From the NCBI GenBank assembly GCA_014905635.1, contig JABVCE010000010.1:372001-436000 (forward strand): 64,000 nucleotides of DNA, in the 5' to 3' direction. The DNA is from Scenedesmus sp. PABB004. Lineage: Eukaryota. Position 1 is the stretch's first letter, and each line of letters starts with the position of its first letter. Under the pieces are notes generated by a model. It worked only from the letters and a program-made list of their open reading frames with translations, was not told the DNA's origin and did no database searches. Positions 57,542-64,000 of this stretch are shown in pieces. The position numbers and the translations under genes were made by a program.

Positions 57542-60261
57542 TCACTCGTCGCAGTCGATGCTGATCACCTCTGGCAGCTCCTCGGCGCCGTGCACCGCGG
57601 CGGCGGGCGGCGCCTGCAGTCGCTGCCGCTGTGGCGGCTGCGGCGGCGCCGCCGCCGCCGCCCCCGACGCCGCGGCCGCGGCGACCGCCGCCGCCTGCTG
57701 CAGCCGCCGCTGCAGCCGCTGCCGCCGCTTGCGCTGCTGCTTTGCCGTCCGGGCCGCCTGCGTCGCCGCCGCTGAGCGCTGCGCGGCCTTGCCCCGGCCG
57801 CTGCGCGTGCGCGCCGCGACCGGCGGGCTGCTCGCCTCGTCCCCTTCTGCGGCGCTGGCGCGCGCGCGCAGAGCCGAGGGCAGCGAGCCCGCGCCGCCCA
57901 GGTTGGCGCTCGTGCCGCCCGCGCCGGCGACCTCGCGCCCGGCCGACCAGGTCGCGAACACCGCGGCCGGCGCGGCGTCGCAGCTGTCGCACGCGTCCGA
58001 CTCGCCCCCGGCCGGCGGCGCTCCGCGCATGGCCGCGACCGCTGCGGTCGCCGCCGAACCGGGCGGCGCCGGCGCCGTGCGCGCGGGCGGCGGCGGCATG
58101 TGCACCACCGCCGCCGCCGCCGCCGCCGGGTCCTCGCCCTCGCTGTCGCTGTCGCTGAGCGTCAGGTCGACGCGCGCGTGCTTGCCGGCGCGCCGCGGCT
58201 CGCCGTCGGCGTCGTCGCCGTCGCCGTCGTCGCGGCCGCGCTTGAGCCCGGCGCCGCCGGTGAACGCGCCGCGCAGCGCGGCGGGCGCGGGCGGCGCGAG
58301 CACGTCGAACCAGCCGCAGCCCGCGGCGGCGCCCTTGGGCCGCCAGCGGCCGTCTGCGCGCCGCACGTGCGCGCGCGCGGCGCGGGGCGGCGGCGCGGCC
58401 CACGGCTCAGCGCGGCTCAGCTCGCCGGGGGCTCGCGCGGCGCGGCCGCAGCGGCGCGCCCCGCCGCGGCGCCCCCCCCCCCCCTCGCCCCCGCCCCCAC
58501 CTGGGGCCACCTCGACCTCGTCCACCGTGTCCAGCCCCGCGCCGCGCAGCGCCGCGAGGACCGCGCCGGTCCACGGCTCCACCGCGACCTGGCCCACGTG
58601 CCCGAGCGCCATGCTCGTGGGGCAGCGGCAGCAGCCAGTGCGCTGGGACACCGCCAGGAAGGCCGGCAGGTCAAAGCAGGCCAGCCCCGGCGCGGTCGTG
58701 AGGTGCGCGGGCTCCGACATGCGCACGCCGGCCAGCGGGCAGCGCAGCGACAGCGTCGTCGTCGACAGCTCCACGTCGCCGTCGCCGGCCAGCTGCGCGC
58801 GCGCGCCGGGGCGGCGAGCGTGGGCGGCGGGCGCGCGGCGGCGGCGGCGCGCGGGCGGCGGCGACCCCGGGCGCGCGCGCGCGCACGCACCTTGGCCTTG
58901 ACGCTCGCGACCGCGTCGGCGAGGCTCGGCGTGGGCGCCATCATCGCGCGCACGCGGGCCTCGCTCGCGCCGCGCACCAGGCGCAGCACCAGCACGTACG
59001 CCGACGCCGACCGGGGCGACGCCGCGAGGCGCACCGCGACCTCGCCCGCCGCGAGCGCCGTGACGTCGGCCGGGCGGTCGACCTGCTGTGCGCCCAGGGG
59101 CTTCACGCGCCTGAGCACGGTGATGAGGCGGCCGTTCACGCTCAGCGCCGCGCCCGGCGGCCAGTGGCAGCGGTGGGGCTGCGCGTCGCCGACCTGCAGG
59201 CATACCAGCTGCAGCGTCGCGGTCTTGGCCGCCAGCATGTTGAGCTGGCGGCTGGCCAGCTCGACCGTCATGGCACAGCTCGGACTCGGCGGCGGCGGGT
59301 CGCCGGCCGCGGGCGGCGGCGCGGCGGGCAGGTGCGCGACCGCGACCACGCCCGCCTCGTCCAGGGTGGCGCTGCCCAGCCAGGGGTCCAGCAGGCGGAG
59401 ACGCCACCGCAAGTAGGCCTCAGGGCTGTCGCTGCCGGCCTGCGCCGCACCGCGCTGGGGCGACCCCTGCTGCACCTGCCGCGGCTGCGGCGGAGGGGGC
59501 TGCTGCGGCGGCGGCGGCGGCGGGACCACCTGCTGCTCCTGCTGCTCCTGCTGCTGCTGCTCCTGCTGCTGCTGCTCCTGCTGCTGCTGCTCGTGCTGCT
59601 GCTGCAGCTGCTGCTGCTCCTGCTGCTGCTGCTGCAGCTGCTGCTCCTGCTCCTGCTGCTGCGCCAGCTGCTGCTGCTCCTGCCGCCGCTGTGCCTCTGC
59701 CTGCTGCTGCTGCTGCTCCTGCTGCCGCTGTGCCTCTGCTTGCTCCTGCGCCTGCTGCCGCCGCTGCGCCTCTGCTTGCTGCTGCTGCGCCAGCCGCTGC
59801 GCCAGCTCCTGCTGCTGCTGCTGACGCTGCTGCTGGCGCTGCGCCTGTGCTTGCTGCTGTTGCTGCTGCGCCAGCTGCTGCTGCTGCTGCTGCTGACGCT
59901 GCTGATGGGGCTGCGCCACTGCTTGCTGCTGCAGCCACTGCTGTTGCTGCCAGCCGCTCGAGCCGCCGCCGCCCCCCCACTGGCGCAGCGGCGGCGGCGG
60001 CGGCGGCGGCAGCGGCAGCGGCGGCTGCTGGTACGCCTGCGGGTGGCCCAGGAGCGCCGCCGCGTAGCTGCCGTATGCGGGCGCGTAGCTCGGCGGCGGC
60101 GGCACCGCGGCGAACTGGCCGGCCGCCTGGTGGTGCGCGTGCGGCGCGCCGCCGGTGCCGCCGTAGGCCTGCGCGTACAACCCGAGGCTGTAGGGGTCGG
60201 GGAAATAGGTGCTGTAGCCGTTGTTGTAGCCCCCGCCGCCGGGATAGGGCGGGAAGGCCAT
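57542..60261 (-). CDS. SIZ1/PIAS-like SP-RING SUMO E3 ligase homolog with poly-Q N-terminus (3 exons)
   Basis: PINIT-like LQLVCLQVGDAQPHRCHWP...SVNG...DRPADVT; SP-RING-like LSLRCPLAGVRM...CFDL...CRCP; EVEVAP|DGRWR; SIM-like VDLTLSDSDSE and EVISIDCDE. Confidence 0.75.
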
Positions 60262-61104
60262 GCCGCCACTGCTCACAGCAGCAGCGCTGAATGCCGCTGC
60301 GCCGCTGGCGCGGGCGCCGCTGGCTCGGGCGCCGGCCGCGCGCCGCCGCCGCGCATGCCACGGTGGCAGGGCCCCCGGCGCGTGCTGCTGCTGCTCGCAG
60401 CGGGTGCGGCTCGCGGGCGGCGGCAAGGGGCGGCCCTGCGGGGCGGGCGCGCCGCGTGAGCAGCGCCAGCCAGCGCGCGCGGCATGCGCCGGGCCGGCTG
60501 CGGTGAAGGCTGGAACTGGGCGGATGCAGCGCCCGGACGTCCCCGGGAGCCGCTCCTGCGAGCTGGCGCGGCGCGGCTGCCCCGGGGCGGCCGCGCGTGC
60601 GACGCCGCCGCCGCTGCGACTGCCGCCGCGCTGGCGCGGGGCCCTGCGCGCCCGCTGGCCAGCTCCACAGCGTGCTTGCACCCCCGTGAGCATCCCGCGG
60701 GGCGCACCTGGGAGGCTTGCGGGGCGGGCTGCGCCGCAGCTGCGAAAAAAAGCTGGCTGTTGGCACCAGACGAGCTGCCAGGGCCCGTGCCGGCCTTGGG
60801 ATGGAGGCGCGGGCGAGTGGGGGCGACGTAGCTGCTGGGAGGCAGGCGCGACCCTGGGGCTCAGGGCGCACGACCTCCCGTGCGCCGCCGGTGCCGCTGC
60901 TGCTGTGGTGCCGCCACGGGCGCCGGCAGCCAAAAACTCTGCTCTTCCAGGTATTACTTTGGACTCGGCCGCCCGCGAGGGGCTATCGAGCACGCCGCCT
61001 GCCGGCGACAGCAGCGCCGAAACTGCCGCATGCGCGCGCGGTCGCCGCCGCGGGCCTCCCTGGCGCGGCGCCGCGCGTGCAGCTAGCCCCAGAGGTTTGC
61101 GGCC

Positions 61105-62379
61105 ATGGCGGCCGCCGAGCCGGAGCTGAGCGGCATCCAAGTCTGCGTCCGGGTGCGCCGCGTAGTGCCGGACGCCCGAAACTAGCGCGGCGGCGCGCTG
61201 ACCGCAGGGGCAGCCCTTTGCAGCCCCTCCCTCCCTCCCCCGCTGGTGCTCAGCAGCGCCTCGCCAGCTCCCGCGCGCCGCCGCCGCGGCGCGGCCGTGC
61301 GCGCTGTGGCCGCCGGCCGCGCTGCGGCCGCCGGCCGCGCTGCGACCACCGGCCGCGCGCAGGTGCGCCCCCTGAGCGACCGCGAGCGCGATGCCGGCTT
61401 CCGCAACTGCGTCAGTTTCGACGAGGCGACGCAGCAGGTGGTGCTCACGGTGAGCTCGGCGGCCGGCGCCCGACGGCGCGGGCAGGCCGCGCCGCGCGCT
61501 GCGCGACGCGCGCCGCGCGACCCGCGCGCCGCCCAGCGCGGGCCCAGCGTTCGTCGCGCGCCGCACCCCCGCGCAGGCTGTGGACCGCGGCACGCTGCTG
61601 CAGCTGCGCGGCCAGGCGGCCAAGGGCTTTGCGTTTGACCGCCGATTCGGCCCCGAGCACACGAGCGACACGATCTACGACGACGTCGTCTGCCACCTCG
61701 TGGACAACCTGTTCAAGGCGCGGCGCGGCGCAGCACGCGGCGCGGCGCGGCGCGGCGGGCCCTGCCTGCCCGCCCGCGGGGACGCGCGCGCAGCGCGGCG
61801 GCGGCGGCGGCGAGGCGCTTGTGTGCCGCGCGCGCAGGGCTACAACGCGACGGTGCTGGCGTACGGGCAGACGGGGTCGGGCAAGACGCTGACGATGTCG
61901 GGCGGCCGCGGCATCCACGGCGTCAGCGAGTCGGGTGCGCGCGCGCGCGCGCGCGCGGCGGCCGCGGCCGCGGCGGCTGGCCCGCGTGTGCCACGGGCCG
62001 CCCCGGCGCGCGCGCAGCGCACGACCCGCCGCGGCTGCGCCGCGGCCGTGGCGCCAGGCATCATCCGCCGCGCCGCGGAGCACATCCTCGCGCTTGCCGC
62101 CGCGGCGCGGTCCAAGGCCAAGCCCGGCGAGAGCGTGGCGGTGCGGGCGTATGCGCTTGAGCTCTACAACGAGGAGCTGCGCGACCTCAGCAGCCGCGTG
62201 CCCGCGGGCGCGCCCGCAGCGGGCGACCGCGAGCCCGGCGGCGGCGGCGCCGCCGAGCCCGCCGTGCGCATCGCGGAGCGCCCGGTCGGCAAGGACGGGC
62301 GCTGCGTGCCCGAGGTGCGGCGCGGGCGCGGGCGCGGGCGCGGGCGCAGCCACCCCGTCCTAGGGTGCGCGCGCGGGTC

Positions 62380-62412
<33 letters not shown>

Positions 62413-64000
62413 CCGTCGGCGCTGCGCCAGCGCAGGTCGTGGGCGTGAACACGGTGGAGGTGGGCGACGCCGAGTCGCTCGTCTCGTTCTTTGCCGGCGC
62501 GTTTGAGAACCGCGCGGTCGCGGCGACCAAGATGAACGGCAGCAGCAGCCGCAGCCACGCGATCTACACCGTGCTGCTCAGCCGCACGCTGCCCGACGTC
62601 AGCGAGGGCGGCGACAAGGCGCGCGCACGGCGCGGCGCGCGCCCCGCGCGCCCACCGGCGCCTCGGGCCTCGCGCGCGCGCGCGTGGTGGCCTTGCCCCG
62701 GCGGCCAGCGCCCTCTGCTCGCTCCCTCGGTCTCTTGGCCCCACACTCACATGCACGCGCACGCGCACACGCGCACACAACACCCGTGTGCCTGCAGGTG
62801 CGCACGGTGCGCGTGGAGAGCCGGTTCAACCTGGTCGACCTCGCCGGCAGCGAGCGCGTCAAGCGCAGCGGCGTGACCGGCGCGGCGTTCAAGGAGGCCG
62901 TCCACATCAACGGCGGCCTGCTCGCCCTTGGCAACGTCATCGTCGCGCTCTCGGGCGGAGCACACGACCCCGCGCCGCCGCCGCCGGCGCCGCCCGGCGA
63001 GCGCGGCGCGGCGCCGCCGCCGCAGGGCGAGCCGCCCGGCGGCGGCGGCGCCAAGAAGCACATCCCCTACCGGTGGGCCGGGGCCCGGGGCGGCGGCCGC
63101 TCCGCCGCGCCTGCCGCCGCGGCCGCCCGCCGCTGACCGACCGCGCCTGGGACCGCACCCGACGCTCGCGCCAGGGACTCCAAGCTCACGCGCCTGCTGC
63201 AGGACAGCCTCGGCGGCTCCGCGCTGACGGTGCTCGTGTCGTGCGTGTCGTGCTGCGAGGCCGACTTTGAGGAGACGAGCTCGACGCTCAAGTACGCCAA
63301 CCGCGCGTGCCGCATCAAGAACTCGCCCCTGCCCAACGCGCAGCTGCTGCTGGAGGAGGACCTGCTGCCGCTGCTGCCGGGCGGCGCCGGCGGCGGCGGC
63401 GGCGGGGGCGGCGGGGGCATGTCTATGATGCAGATGCAGGTGGGCGCTTGGCCGGCGGGCAGCCGGGCAGCTCGCCGGCGATCCATCCAGCGGCGCGAGC
63501 TGGCGGGAAGCCGCGCCGGGGGCGAGGTTCAGCGCGCCGCGCGGCGCCCGAGCCGAGCCCCCGCGGCCCGCCGCGCCGCCGCCGCCGCCGCAGCTGCTGC
63601 TGGCGGAGCACGCGCGCATGAAGGAATCGCGCGACCGGCTGGAGGCGGAGCGGAAAGAAAAGGAGGAGAAGCGCGCGGCGGACCTCAGGCGCGGCGCGCG
63701 CTGGGCGTGCTGGGCGGTGTGGGCGGCGGGCGGCGGCGGCGCGGCGCGGCGCGGCGGAGGGTGGCAGCGTGCGTGCGTCAACACGGCGCTGCGCGCGCGC
63801 AGGGCGATGCGCGAGGCGGAGACCAAGGCGCCGGGCTTCCAGCGCCTGCGCATGGCGGCGTATGACGAGCTGCGCAAGAAGGCGGCCAGCAGCCACGGCG
63901 GCCGCCTCGGCAAGGGCGAGGTGCGACGCGCGCGCGCGCGCGGGCGGCGGGGGACCCACGCTGCCGCGGCAGCCCGCGCCGCGCCGCGCAGCGTGCGCGC
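61105..64000 (+). CDS. Kinesin motor protein (kinesin-4-like), 3'-truncated by the window
   Basis: [109 protein letters not shown]. Confidence 0.95.

Noticed and set aside
1..64000. Hundreds of long overlapping Arg/Ala/Pro/Gly-rich ORFs on both strands
   Set aside because: Expected from stop-codon scarcity at this GC content; the real genes are recovered only by splicing.
1..64000. Introner-like mobile introns
   Set aside because: Introns share GC-rich low-complexity composition, but I saw no extended sequence identity or terminal repeats between different introns.
1..64000. tRNA, rRNA, integrated viral genes or an alternative genetic code
   Set aside because: None recognised; conserved proteins translate under the standard code without internal stops.

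Overview
Eukaryotic nuclear DNA of very high GC content (roughly 75-80% by eye), gene-dense and rich in short introns (mostly ~60-250 nt). Gene content points to a chlorophyte green alga (inference: Sphaeropleales-like). Most ORF-track entries are GC-driven noise, so I spliced the genes by hand. About 25 protein genes are supportable: a bacterial-type alpha-2-macroglobulin lacking the thioester and ending in an EGF tail, a CCM1/CIA5-like zinc regulator, a Tat-targeted lumen protein, a purine PRTase plus a truncated copy, a FEA1-like protein with a putative GPI anchor, a subtilisin, RimP, a DUS3-like synthase, C9orf78, MFS and DMT transporters, a HAD nucleotidase, a GH5 mannanase, SURF2, MIF, MLF, an SP-RING SUMO ligase, a kinesin and several unknowns. 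Most notable: (1) about one in five introns appears to use a GC donor, including 5 of 7 in the FEA1-like gene; (2) three interlocking inverted duplications between 6.5 and 25.6 kb look like staggered-break inversion scars, and one of them gives two unrelated plastid genes the same promoter and transit peptide; (3) an element with ~260-bp terminal inverted repeats and an internal ORF fills a divergent promoter; (4) the subtilisin carries an unrecognised duplicated 6-Cys module. Exon boundaries were read manually and are approximate.
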